This document shows positions 36,025 through 49,083 of a stretch of DNA of 64,000 nt, one piece after another (position 1 is the first letter of the stretch; every line of letters begins with the position of its first letter). The stretch is taken from the NCBI GenBank assembly GCA_010093705.1, contig MU006090.1, positions 1,825,817-1,889,816 of the forward strand, written 5' to 3'. A program made the translations under genes and the position numbers. The stretch is from Patellaria atrata CBS 101060 (lineage: Eukaryota). The notes beneath the pieces were generated by a model. It saw nothing but the letters and a program-made list of their open reading frames with translations. It did no database searches and was not told the DNA's origin.

Positions 36025-37005
36025 TCAGCCTTGACGTTTTGCGTCTTCCCACCTCAAACCTAGAGGTGTTAGTGCCTTTTCTGGAGGGTCAAAATAGTTT
36101 ATGTCCCGATATTCCTTGAATACTGAATGTAACGGGATATAAGGGTTGCCCCTAGCTAGATCAGCTCCCCGTGTGCCAGTTCTCTGAGCGCATTCGGCGC
36201 ACATAGAACCGAACAACCTCGAAATTTTACCAGTTTGATTAGATTAGAGGAGCGCTACGAGTTGCCGCATGGTGATACGTGTTCTCGGATTCGGATCAAA
36301 CATCATGAACGCGGTCTCAATGTGCACCAGACCATCTATCATGGTGAGTGTCTCCTACACATCATCAGGATTGTTTTCGAGCTCCAACTTCTCCGTCGCA
36401 TTGAGCAAACTGACGAGGTAGATGCACCAGTTGAGTATCGCACTAGCGGATTCGGAATACAGTACAGAGCCTGTCTCACGGCGGAACTCAGCCCATTTAG
36501 TTAGCCCGCCGTGTTTTATCATTATGGCCGTACCAAGCTCAAGAAACACGCAGCCTAGAGAGAAGATATCGGCCGCGCGCCCTGGGTGTGCGGATGGGGA
36601 CAGTACCTCAGGTGCACTATAGATCAAGGTCCCTCAGTCTCCATTAGCAGTAAGGGAGGCGGTGGTCTCCTGGTCCAGGACATCCTTAGAAATACCAAAA
36701 TTGGCGATTAGGATGCGACGATTTCCGATGAGAATGTTTGAAGGCTTGATATCTTTATGTTTGATGCGCATTTCGTGTAGGTAATCGATAGCGTAAATGA
36801 GGCAGCAGCGCCAAAAGTCCATCAACTGCCGCATATAAGTCACCACGTATGGTCCTTCTCCGGGTACGCGTTCGGATTTGTTCCTGTATTCATCTGACCG
36901 GTGGAGATATTCTCTCAGGTCGGTATCAGCGACGTCATTCATAATGATACAGAGTCGTTTCTTATGCTAGTACATCTCAAAGACCGAGACCACATGGGGA
37001 TGCTG
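36025..37005 (-). pseudogene. Ser/Thr protein kinase pseudogene
   Basis: One frame reads [20 protein letters not shown]...[18 protein letters not shown]...D*GTLIYSAPE...ADIFSLGCVFLE...DV*...DPNPRTRIT...LL*. It has four in-frame stops, DFG changed to NFG, and no visible Gly-rich loop or VAIK motif. Confidence 0.88.
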
Positions 37006-37430
37006 GGGTCCGTAGAAAACTGCGGAATAGCGAAAGAGGTTTGAACGGAGGACATCTTATCCTGTCCGCCTCATAAGAATGATGAATCCTACATTTGGGA
37101 AGACATGCTCTGCGGACCGGTAGTATCGAGATATAAGCAGTCATGCAACGGGACGAGGCTGTCTTCATGCATTGTAAACAAGGCACGCAAAGAGCAGCTT
37201 TGTCAGCAGATTCATCTGCTTGGAATTGAGTAGTAGAATGATTGATGATAAAACGAAATAAAAAATTAGGAAGCAAGCATAATTAGCAATTGATAGAGTT
37301 GATTGAGATTATCGACACATGTTAATAACGTTTCATGACTATCATACTTGCGTACTTACTCTCACGATAAAGATAAATAATAAGGGAAAAAAAAAAGAAG
37401 TTCAGCACCCACTCATACCCCATCCACCCC

Positions 37431-37675
37431 GTAACCTCAAACCGCAGGTAATCCGGGAAATCGCCGTCCCATGGTGGAGCCGCGTCTGCAGAATTGCTTC
37501 CCTCGACCGTAGACCCCATTGCTTAGGACCGCCCAGCATCGCGAGTTACCTGCGCGAGTGGGTTTAGTTTCGGTCACCACAAGACTCGACCCGGGCCCGT
37601 GTTGAGGCACAGGTGAGGGGGTGAAAGAGTTTGAGATGCGGCTGCTGTTCCTCAGGTTATGACCGCTACAGTCGT
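37431..37675 (-). ncRNA. Signal recognition particle (SRP/7SL) RNA, fungal type
   Basis: 5' GACUGUAGCGGUC matches the fungal Alu UGUNR hairpin. UAACCU pairs with the 3'-end AGGUUA, and GUCUUGUGGU/ACCAUGGGAC forms a 10-bp helix. There is a helix-6-like GUAA hairpin, a helix-8-like GGUC-GAGG-GAAGCA hairpin, a B-box-like GGGTCGAGTC, and a T10 terminator at 37396-37387. Confidence 0.75.
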
Positions 37676-38370
37676 TAGTCAGCCATCGGATTATCTGTTT
37701 AAGTATCTATTTTGCTAATTTTTTTTTAGCGCGCTTTTCGGCGAAAATCGGAACTTTAATTTTCCTTGTTTCATTTCCTTACGGATTTGCAGAAGTTCTG
37801 CTGTCCTTTTACTACCACACGCAAATGTAGCAGAACTTTGTTACGTTGGAGTAAATGCTTGTAGAATTACGACTTGGAACGTCTTGGTTTTTATATTCAC
37901 TATCTGAACTAATTTTCAACTGTCCATCACTATGTCAAATCTGGAAAACACAGGAAACTAAACTGTGAAAGTATACTGACATGAGAGACTTCGGAAAAGC
38001 AGCATGGTATAATTAAATCAGAGCAGTCGCAGAAAACATATTTCGGCAATAGAGGGCAAGGACATGGTCCAAAGCATAGATGCCTGAGCATAACAGAAAA
38101 GATCTTTACTCCAAGTAAACTCCATACCATCCCACCCAAAGAAAGAAACATGTACAGGGTAGAAAATTTACCACTTCAGCTAGGCGATAGTCTCATCGGA
38201 GAAAACACAGTTTGTATTTTCTTTTGCTTGCTGCGTAAACGGACATTAACACATGCATGAGAAAGGGATTGAGGCTTGGTTGGAACGACAATCAAGAGAA
38301 TGGCAAGCGCTACTCAAAACATCCACTCCCAGGAAATATTCAATAGCATAGTGCGGTATACATTATCAGT

Positions 38371-41285
38371 CTAGGAGCTAATGCCGTTCATTCTGCGGTC
38401 AGCACGTCTGACTCCATGCGAGTACTTGGATGTGACGGGTGAAACCTCTTGAACATCGTTACTGAAGGACTCATCGTCCTGCTCAACGATGCGGGTCGGT
38501 ACGTCCGGGACATCGTCGTTCTTGTACTGCTGCAGACTATTTCGCTCAGGTGTAGTCGACGCACTCGCTATAGACATGGAGGTGCTTGAACGGTTGTGAA
38601 TCAGATCAGGAGTTGGTGGGATACTGGAGTTGCGATCAGGATGCAACATGGTGGTGCTCTCGTCACCATATTCACTGCCCTGCGTTGATTGTTGTTCATG
38701 TCCATCCTCGGAAGGAGCAAGCATATCGGCATGTCGTTCACTGCGGGCATCGTCTTCACTATCAGCCCTCTGGGCAAGATGAAGTCCCTCCACAGCCGCA
38801 GCGCATTGCTCAGAGATATTTCTGATGATATACGCAATTGCGTCGGTCTTATCTCGAAGATGTCTATCTGCCACGTCGACGACGCTCTGGTTGGAGAAAC
38901 GCTTTCGGGAGACTGGGCTCTTGAGTAACCTTGACTCCATATCGGGCGTGACATCTTCACCGTCGTAATGCTTCATATCGACCGTGCTAGCGCGGCTGTA
39001 AGACCTTGAAGGTGCACGCGAAATGACCTTTGAGTGTCGGATTGTTCCCTTCTCAGATGGAGCCTTCGCGATCGGTTCCTCTTCCTCTTCGTCTTCTTCT
39101 GGAACATCCTCGAATCCTTCAGAAATGTATTCGGAAATCTCAGGGCTATCAGTTAATGATTTAACGATGTGTTCCATGTGATGAGTTTGACCGTCGATTA
39201 AAGCACGAAGATGAAGAACCACACGTTGAGCCTCATCCCTTTGGCGGAGAATCGTTGTGTTTGTATGTTGAAGAGCAGAGAGTTCCTTGGTATTACGCTT
39301 CCTCTCTCTTTCTAATTCTTCGGCAATCTCTTGTTGCAATACCAGAGCTTCAAGAGCATCATCACGTTGCTTCTCAGTGCCAGAAAGACGGACAGTAAGA
39401 CGGGCTGCATCGTCCTTCTGTTGGTCGATGAGGCCGGTAAGGCGGCGATTTTCCCTCTTGTGATTTTCGATCTTGACCTTAAGGTCTTGAGTCTCTTTGG
39501 TGAGCTGTTCAGCGAATGCCTGGAATTTGAGGAATTGCTGCTTCCAGCTCTCAAGCTCCTCAACAAGGAAGTTGTTGCGCTTCGTGACTTTAGAAAGTTC
39601 TGTATCCATTCTACCTTTGAGGTTGATGAAGTCTTGCCATGCTTCCATAGCATCGCGGGAGTACTGATTGCGCTCACGAACGATTTCATTCAGATGTCTC
39701 ATGGAGACCTTCGTCATGAGCGGCTTCTTGACGGATCCGCCAAAGATTGCTTTCATGCCAGTATTACGCCCCTCGCCTGAAGTTAGCATTCAAAATTTAC
39801 TGATAGATAAGCTGCTACTCACCTGTTTTTCGCATACATGATCCATGACTGCCATAACAGAGTCTTGATTCCACCAATCAGGATCCTGAATGCTCTCGAC
39901 CTCTCCTCTCATTACGATAATTTGTCCAGCAGGGATAAGCTTTCCACCACCATAGGCGGAACGAAGATGTTGTGGAACACCTGACGGGGTAACCTCATTA
40001 TTTAGAGCCTGTGTTAAGCGATTGATCATCTTCGTGCGCTGACCTGGAGAGAGGGCCGTTGGTGGACTTGAGGTGAGGACGAAGTTCCGATCCAGGTCGA
40101 CCACAAGCGCGTCATTTGGAGCTGTGAAAAGAGTGCGGCATTCAGCGGTGACACCCAGAATGTAAGGACCGGGCTCCTGAACCAACTCCTTTGCGTGACG
40201 GGCGTGAACGACTGGAACATAGAGCCCACTCCATTCGTACAGACGAACACAGTAGCGAACGGTTTCAGCAGCTACTGTCAGCATAGCCGGGTAGTGACTG
40301 ACGAATATGATGCGTCTGGTGGGAGAGATGGCAGCTTCAAGGACACCAACGATGTTTGGAATGGAAAGACATGTGAACAAAGGCCACATGGCGAAGTTTT
40401 GAAATCCCGTGGGAGCAGAAGGAAACTGATAGCACAGAGCGTAATCCTTCATGTCAATCCTGACGAGGTCATTGAGCCTTGGTGCGGGAAAACTAAGAAT
40501 TCGAGAAACCTCCTCAGCGTGGAAAAGGTTCGTAGCTTTGTTCCAATGAATCCACATGCCACGGAGATAGTCGCCCAAAAGATTGTAGAGAGGATACCGA
40601 GAGAGGAAGCTCAAGCAATACGGGATCCAATAAGTCTCATCCGAGGAGTCGTAAAAGTCCGTTTCAGTCCTTTTGCGAAGATCACGGATGGTTTCTGCCC
40701 GCTTCTCGTCGGCTCTTGACCAAACCCGAAGAGCTATTCCGTACAGAGTTTGCGAAGAGTCTTGCTGGAGAACGAAAGAATGGTGAACGCAATGCGGTTG
40801 ACTTCTGCCCGTGCAAATCTCGACGTCATGAGGGAAGCAGGCCTAAAGTGGACATGTTAGATCTCGTAGCTACGTTGTAGTTCACAGGTTTTAAGATCTG
40901 CGGGAGAACATACCCTCATAGCAGCATGCAATGACCTCGCGATATCATTGTCTTGCTCAAGCCTAGGGCTACTACCGAGAATCTCAGGTAGCCAAAATTG
41001 TCCAACAGCGCCTTTCATATGACCGATCTTCCCTTGCGCAGGAGGAGGTGCCTTCACCCATTGAGACGGTTCTCTGCCTACACCGCAGACCATATACGCG
41101 TGTGTCAAAGTCTTTGGGGTCCGTTGGCCTGGCTTAATTGACAATGTAGAGGGTAAGGGCTGAGTGATCCTCGAGTGAAGGGAGGAAGTTCGGCTTGGGA
41201 TGACCAGATTCTCACCCTCTGCTGAACGAGTAGGAGGACGGTCACGGTCACCCGTGCGAGGACGAAGGCTAAGAGACGGTGCCAT
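38371..41285 (-). CDS. DENN-domain protein (putative Rab GEF) with a C-terminal coiled coil (3 exons)
   Basis: HAYMVCGVG, YGIALRVWS, YWIPYCLSFLSRYPLY, RRIIFVSHYPAML and YVPVVHARHAKELVQEPGPYILGV..LVVDLD. Confidence 0.88.
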
Positions 41286-42971
41286 TGCCGGTGTTGTTGC
41301 TGCCGTTAAGTTCCACGGAAGTTATTGGAGTCTTTTTGAATAAGAGAGAAGAAGTTCGGAAAGCTGGATCCAGATTCGGTGTTAAGAGATGCAGTAAACT
41401 TGACATGCAGAGTAAAGGAGTGAAGTGAACTGCAGAAGTTAGGTTACAGATCTCCTCGTTCTGAAGGGGAGTGAGGTGACTGAACTCTCACTCTGCAATC
41501 CGTAATCGTGTTGAATTTCTGTAAAGAAGACGACACGAAGAGTCTGCGAGGTGAAAGTAAGGACTAAAGGGAGCAGGTCGAATCAATAAAGGTAGGAGCG
41601 ACAGTGCACGCAAAACGGGGGAAGCAGCCAGGCACTCAGGGTGACTTCCGAATTCTGTAGCTGCAGCTACCCCAGCATGAAACGACCGGGGTCCACCAAT
41701 TGGTGCTTTAGCGTCGGCAAGGACTTTTAGCTCACCTTAGCTTTCTTTTGAACCAGTAATTACAGCAGTCAAAAGCCCGAGTCAAGTTACCATACACTTC
41801 CACTCGCAATAATCTTCCACATCAGGAACAGTAACAGCTCACATTCTTAGGTAGTACAGTATCTACAGTATCTGCCTCCCGTAGAAAACGACGGATTCTT
41901 TGGAATTGGACGGGAATTTCTCCCGAGCGTACTGTATCATTACCTTTACTCTTTACTGGGATCTGAAATAACGCTTGGACCGCGGTAAGTGACTGGTTCG
42001 GGCGTGCCTGCATGGCGTGGGGTTGAATCAGGAGAGTTTTCTGGACCTTCAATCTAACCCTAAAAAGGACTATTTCTTTGCAACTATTTTCATGTTTGAA
42101 ATGCATCGCTTCATCGCTTGTGAACGGTACTGTAGCAGCGCTACTTTGTGAATATTTATTATTATTGGTACATGTAATTTGATATCCATGAACCAGAATT
42201 AGGAAAGAAGGCGGGGAATAAGAGGCTCTATGGATGATAAACATCCACCGCAGTGGAGGAGTCTGTAACGATGATCTCCACTCTGCTGTGACCAACCCCT
42301 TTAGCGTACCATACTGGTGATACTTCTGTTCAAGGCTGTACACCTCAGACTGAGGATAACTTGCAACCATTTCAGGTTCCCTGCGTAGCCGATTTGCTCG
42401 GGACATAAAGTTATAAAAGTAGAATTATTAATTATTATGGTACCTTATATAGCCAGTTTTACTGTCTGGAACTCCAGATAAGATCATCATCATTTCTTTT
42501 GGGACGGAAGCTAGGGAAGTAAGGTACCTTAGTAATACTGTAGCAAAAGGTATGTGCGCATTCTTGGCGTCCTTTATGCATCCCACGTGTTCGCCTCATC
42601 CTCTACTGTATCAAAGCTTCTGAGAAAATTTCTCTAGTAAGTAATAACACACTCCGATCATCATTATACGTACTCTGTACAAGTACATGAATTGATAATT
42701 CTACCTGAAGATTGTAGGTAAACGTATCATTATTAACCGAACATAATTCCGTATAGACCGTCAAAAAGCCCATAGAATCAAGGTGCATAATCATAAACTA
42801 CGCCTTGTCTATGGCATAGGTATCAGACTTGGTCATTTGAATACGACTACCTATCCATCTGTCTATAGTCCAGGATAGGTTTTATTCTGACAAGGTCATT
42901 AATAAGGACTCCAAGACATAAACCTATCGTCTGTCTTGTACCACTACCGGCTGCACGCTGGTGGAGTATCT

Positions 42972-44149
42972 ATGACTGACCACGTGCTACTGAGCGATTT
43001 GTGTAGTATTTGGTGAGTTATATAGCCGTCTTTGTGTTGTGTTCCCTCTTTCTTATTTTCTTGTTTGGAACTCCTATCTGATATACATCTCTAGCAATAA
43101 CAAAGCCCCTAAATATCGCTGTCCTAGATGCGCTACCCAAACGTGCTCTCTCCCGTGCTACAAACGCCATCAAGCATGGGCTCAGTGTTCTGGAAAGCGT
43201 GACCCGACGACTTTCGTGAGCAAATCCCGTCTTACAACAGCTGCTGGCATCGACCATGATTTCAACTTCTTGGCCAGTATCGAACAAGCATTTGAGAAAG
43301 CCGAAGAGAAATCTCAAGATGTTGGTCTGGAAGTTAGTAATTCTAAGAGATTTGAGCCCAGTAAGGACAGCGGTTTCAGACAACATCTGGACAAAACAGG
43401 AGTCTTTATCCTCAAGGCTCCTACAGGCATGACCCGCCAGAAAGAGAATAATACTAATTGGTCTAAGAAGTACCTACATTCCATTTCAAACAATTTTTGT
43501 AGAGATAGCTAATTTCCTCAGACACCGAATGATTATGTGGACTGTAGAATGGTCTCACCAAGACAGAGGGCGGGATTTAGATCGGGTTAGGGAAGATATA
43601 CCTCTCGTTAAAGCGTATGCGGACCATTTACACTCTAAGTTAATATTATCGAAGAAAAGGAAACGGGATTCCACTGAGGTAGTTGATAATCCCTCCAGTT
43701 CGAACACACGAAAGGAGTCGCTCACACCGCATGATACATCGGCAAAGGAACAATCCCCCAAAACATGTGAGGACATCACAAGCATAGTCCAAAAAATGTA
43801 TTTCTACCTGGTAAAGCCTCGCACGAGCGGTTCAAAAGATGTCCTCATTCCTGTTCAGTCATCAGAACCCCTCTCACAGTGTCTCAAAGATCGGACTATT
43901 CTCGAGTTTCCAACCATTTTTGCTTTACAATATCCCCCTACCGATCTTCCAGAACCATATGTGCTGGAAAAGGCATACCTTGAACAGTCAAGACAGGATA
44001 TGGTGGAACTCCAGCAGATTGTTGCTGAAGCTGACAGCTCATCATTATTAAACGACCATCATTCTCAAACCCCCAACGACAGCAAGAATATTCTCAATAG
44101 TCAAAAAATTCTACAAGTACTGAAGCAAGACGTGAGATCGTTAACCTGA
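42972..44149 (+). CDS. BCD1: Box C/D snoRNP assembly factor Bcd1 (zf-HIT), 3 exons
   Basis: LSDLCSI|CNNKAPKYRCPRCATQTCSLPCYKRH...CSGKRDPT, DHDFNFL, APTGMTRQKENNT, WTVEW and TILEFPTI. Confidence 0.88.
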
Positions 44150-44980
44150 GGGGATAACATCTCGACCTGTTTTATCGATGTGTGCACACGACGTCACTCA
44201 AGCTGATACGCTCTTGCTAGTATTTGTAGGACTAACTAAAATGAGGCCACAATTTCAAGGCATATGCGAGACTGAATGGCAAGCCGCTTTGCTTCCACGA
44301 CGATAGGAAATCAAAGCTTTTGGGTTACTTGAAATGCTTCGAGAATCACTTCTCATGGTTCATAGTTTGCTCAGCTGTCCCTTCGCTTATCTCTTATACA
44401 CGGCTTTGCTGCTCGTGTAGTGAGCCGATGGACGGCTTCAATGAAGGAGGCTGGAGACGAAAGAATCGGCAATTGCATGGGGGTGTTGAACTAGGTAAGT
44501 TGTAAAAGAGACTAAGGAGATTCTCAAGGGTTGGGGAGGTGGGGGGAGAAGTAATGTTTGTAATAGAGAACAAGTTCTCTCTTCAAAATATCAATTGTTC
44601 GAATTACCAACTTACAAATTAAGAGATGATGGGCGAGAACTGAGAAAAACCCCTTACGACAAACCTAAGTGTCATAGAAGTGTCATCTCCACTAGGGGTC
44701 CCCAATGTGGCCGATTAGTGGTATAAGATGGATAACCACAAGCTTATGATCTAATCGTAAAAAGATACATGAAGCCGCGTTATGTGCTCGTTATATCCTT
44801 GCAATTACCTGACTTTATTACTACATATGATTAGAATCCTAAATATTGATGGACAATAGAGGTGTGGGATGGTTAGCGAGGAGATGACGACGGAGCACGA
44901 CCTCCAAACAACCACCTGTGCACCGCATTCTTGAGCTCCCCAAACATGTGCCGTCGACTGCAGATAGATCTAGGCGGACT

Positions 44981-47900
44981 ATGGCACTTCGTCGTCGCGA
45001 TGTGATCCTTGCCGGAATCATTACCTTTATATCCTGGGGGTTTGTCACTCACTGGGTCCCGTCTTTCCGCTGGCTGCCCTATGCCTTCTCTGCAGGTGTC
45101 CTAGCTACCGTAACAGGATTTCTATGGATCATACTTTCGATATCACAAAACCCAAATAAACCAGAAACCAAGAATGCTCAGAGGCCGCGCAATGTCGCGT
45201 TCGTCGCATCGCAAAGTTGGCAGGCGGAAACAGCGGCGTTGAAGAGGAGGGGACAATATCACAAAGAGCCGCTATACCCACCCTCGTTGGCGATATCAGA
45301 CAGCATAGAAGCCCTAATTGAGCTGATATTTCGAGACTTCATCGTCAGCTGGTACATGAACATCAGTAATCGGCCCACTTTTACCAACGAAGTAGATAGA
45401 GCCGTTCGTGCGGCTTTGGGAAGTATTCTAGAAAGGATACGAGCACTGGACCTTGTGGAAGTGACGGTCTCACGGTTGGCACCCATTATCACACAACATA
45501 TGAAAGAGTTCTATATTGCAGAGCGAGCGGTAAGGGGTAGGAAACTTAGTCGGAACGTCACTGAATCAGAAGAGCTGGATCTAGCTATAGCAGGGAAATA
45601 TCGAAATGGGCAACTTCATCCAGCAGCTTCTTTGACATACTCAAACACTAAGCTTATTCAACAACATCATTTGCGCAGTATAGTGACAAGACTGATACCT
45701 AAAGTCCTTCCCCATACTATGACGACAAGTGCTTCTGTTACTGTTCTTATCAAGGAGATTGTGTCGTGTGCCGTACTATTTCCTTCGATCCAGATGTTGA
45801 TCGATCCCGATACATGGAATCAACTGATGGAAGCATACGTACGTACGTGAAGAACCACCATAGACTAGTTTTAACACTATATAGGGTCGAAATATGTTAC
45901 AAGAACGCAAGACGGTTCGTAAACTCCGTCAAGCTCTAGATGAGCATACACCAGCTTCACCCAAAGCTATCAAACCGATCGCTCTCCCTCGATTAGCACC
46001 TGGCGATAATGAACGAAAGTTTGAGAGGTTTGTTCGAGCCATTAGACAATGTAATACGTTATCCGATGCTCGTCGCTTTAGAAATGAAGTCGCGAGCCAA
46101 CTACGAAAAGGATCCTCCGTAGAAGGCCAAGATGTCATTTACCTGCGCCGACTGGAAACAGCCAAAAGAATCCTTGACCAGAAAGTTACAACTCTGGGCG
46201 CTGGTAGCACTAATCCTAAGCTCACCGTCCAGCCACCTGTAAAGCTGAACAGAACAGGGTCAAGATTCGAAAATGCATCGCTGAAAGATGTTCTTCATGA
46301 CGCCTCCGGATTATCTTACTTTATGGAATATATGGACCGGCAAAAACTTATGAGTCTAGTCCAATTCTGGATCGTTGTAGATGGCTTCCGCAACCCATTG
46401 GAAGACGAGACGGATAAGCCAGATGAAAATACTGGTATTCAACACCGATGGACAGAAGCTGATAAGAATGATCTTGCACAGATCAATGAGGCCTACCTCA
46501 ATAAGCTAGAACTCAAAGTCGATCCTGAAGCTCGTCGACTCGTAAAGGAGTTCCTTAAAGCAGGAAGTGCTGCTACCACCGCTCAGTATTTGAGGGCCCG
46601 ACGGGTAATTTTGAGAGCTCAGAGCGCCATTTATGAAGAGATGCAAGAGCACTACGAAAGGTTCAAAAAGTCCGACCTTTATTATAAATGGTCAGCCCTT
46701 GACGAGGCACCAGGCGGGCCCCCGAGCCCTACTAAATCCATCGAGACTCTAGAAGATAGATCTCCAAGTCCGATTGCAAAGCGACCGGCGAAAGTCTCAC
46801 GCTTATCGACCAGTAAGCTAACATTGAAACCACCAGATCTACGTAGAGCTGTAGTCTCTTCATCGGACCTTAGGAGCACTGTTAGACCAAATGATGACAT
46901 CATGCAGTCGAGAAGGTCACTGGACGACTCCTCACGAGCACCACTTTTCGATGATGACTACGATAGTGATGTTCTGGCTCGGTCGACGCAGAGTTTGGGT
47001 TCGGAAGGTGAAGCTCCCCGCATAAACGCAAACAATAAAGAGGTTGTGGATGCAATGCAAGCAGCGCTCAACGATATCATGGATCATAAACCGGACGAAG
47101 AGTCATTATTCTCGGACTCCGGTTTGAAGTCGCCGCAAGAGGATGAGTCCTTGAGAGGATCGATGGATATACAGAGACCAGACTCTCCAATTTCAAAGAA
47201 AGACAGGGGAAAACCCAGCATTGCTTCGTTAGGATTGGTCTCTTCCCCACGTAGAGGATTCTTCAATGATGACCTTTTCGGTGAGGAAGAGAAATTTCTT
47301 GAAGATGAACACGAAGATTCCGATGTCAATGAGAAAACGGAGGAAGATGAAATACATGAAGCAGCACCAGGCGATTTAGGGTTGGCTGAAGCTATTGATA
47401 GCCTCACTGCCGATATAGAACGTCTCGTCAGCCAAGAAGCAATTGTCGATTCTTTAACGAAGAAAGCAGAACTTACGAACAACGCTGCTGAACTAAGGAT
47501 ATTACGGAAATCCAAGGCAAGCTTACAGAGAGAGATCCATCGTAAAGAGCTACAAAGACAGCAATATATCGTTCAGGAGAGTGATAACAGTTTATACGGC
47601 CGTGCCACTATCTCCATCAAATCAGTCATGGTAGCCAACGATGACGAAGGCCGCGAGATTGCCATGTACGTAATCGAAGTCCAGCGACAAGCCGGAGATC
47701 AGATGCCCGCCGCCGCCTGGGTGATTGCACGTCGGTACAGCGAATTCCACGAATTGAACAAGCGACTCAAAACTCGGTATCCCGCGGTCCGTACCTTCGA
47801 CTTTCCCCGTCGACAAGTTGTCTTTAAGCTTCAGAAAGACTTCCTCGAGAAGCGACGTCAGGCCCTGGAAAAATACCTACGTGAATTACTCCAGATCCCC

Positions 47901-48810
47901 GCCATCTGTCGCAGTCTCGAGCTCAGGGCGTTTCTCTCCCAGCAAACCATCACAGCTGCGGATAACGATCCGAATAACCCGGGTTCTCAGCAGCGCGACT
48001 TCGTAACCCGCATATACGACTCCGTGACCGACGGTATGGAAGAGTTCCTCGGAAATATACCCGTCCTCGACCAATTATCCCTCGCGGGTCAGAACCTCAT
48101 ATCCGCTGCCACGAGCCAGCTCAACACCTCCGCAGCCGTATCTCCCACCACCGCCACCAGCGTCGGGATTGCGCCCAACGATGCTGCAGCCGCCGCGGAG
48201 GTAGAAGCCGAGCTCAACGCGTTCACCGGCACCGCTACCGATGGAGCAGCACTGGAAGAACCCTTCGTCAAACCGATCTGCGACCTCTTCCTCGAAGCCT
48301 TCGAGCTGAATCGTGAGTCCAACTGGCTGCGCGGGCGCGCCGTCGTCGTAGTCCTCCACCAGCTCCTCGGCGGCACCATCGAGCGTAAAGTGCGCGAAAC
48401 CTTCTCTCTCTTCACGCGCGAGGATAAAGTCGTCGAGGTGCTGGATTCCCTGCGTGAGAGTTTGTGGCCAGGAGGTGGCAAGATAAGGGAGCAGGCGGTC
48501 CGGACGGAGCAGGAGAAGAAGCGGAGTAGGAGAGAGGCTGGGTTAGTGCTTGCGACGTTGGTGCCTGAGGTCGCGGGGAGCGTGGTCGGCAGGGGGAATG
48601 CGCAGAGTGCGAGCCGTAGGATCGCTGCTACGTTGAATAATCGGAGGTTGAAGTGAGTTTGTCCTTCCCTTTCTTCTTCTGTGCCATATCTTCTTTGCTT
48701 TTTGTGTATATGTCATGTGTCATGGGCTGATTGATTATAGTACGCATCTGGTCTTCACGATCCTAGACGAGCTCGTGCAAATCGTGTTCGCGGAGACGGC
48801 AGGGAGATAA
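44981..48810 (+). CDS. MDM1: PXA-RGS-PX-Nexin_C sorting nexin (Mdm1/SNX13-14-25 family)
   Basis: N-terminal TM pair; PXA (IFRDFIVSWY); RGS (GLSYFMEYMD..LVQFW); PX (ARRYSEFHEL..FP..LEKRRQALEKYLRELL); Nexin_C (NWLRGRAVVVVLHQLLGGTIERK). Confidence 0.9.
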
Positions 48811-49083
48811 GACGGCATGGACACTCTGGGATTGAAATAGGAGCATCGGAGCAAAAGGTGTTATCGTTTCACAGATTCACAGGGCTTCAGAGCATTGATT
48901 CGGCGTTGCGGAAGGGTTTTCATTCATCATATTATTCCTGTTGTTCCTTACTGGAATTTACATATTGAACTCCGGATACCAACGCCGTTGCTGAACCGTC
49001 GAGCATATCATAATTACAGTTTCATTTCGTACCGCTAAATCGCACCCCGTCATGACTTCAAGGTCCCATGTTTGGATGACTCT

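Noticed and set aside
36025..37005. In-frame stops as evidence of a variant genetic code or A-to-I editing rescue
   Set aside because: All housekeeping genes use standard stops. The stops are of three types, and the kinase also lost DFG and shows no N-lobe motifs, so decay is the simpler explanation.
37387..37675. Telomerase, RNase P or RNase MRP identity for the structured RNA, or the short ORFs overlapping it
   Set aside because: There is no CUAACCCU template and no matching P4 (CR-I/CR-V) pair. The ORFs lack motifs, and the SRP layout fits better.
41822..42406. 194-aa ORF upstream of the DENN gene
   Set aside because: It has no motif or codon bias and overlaps a promoter-like region rich in TAC(A/T)GTA.
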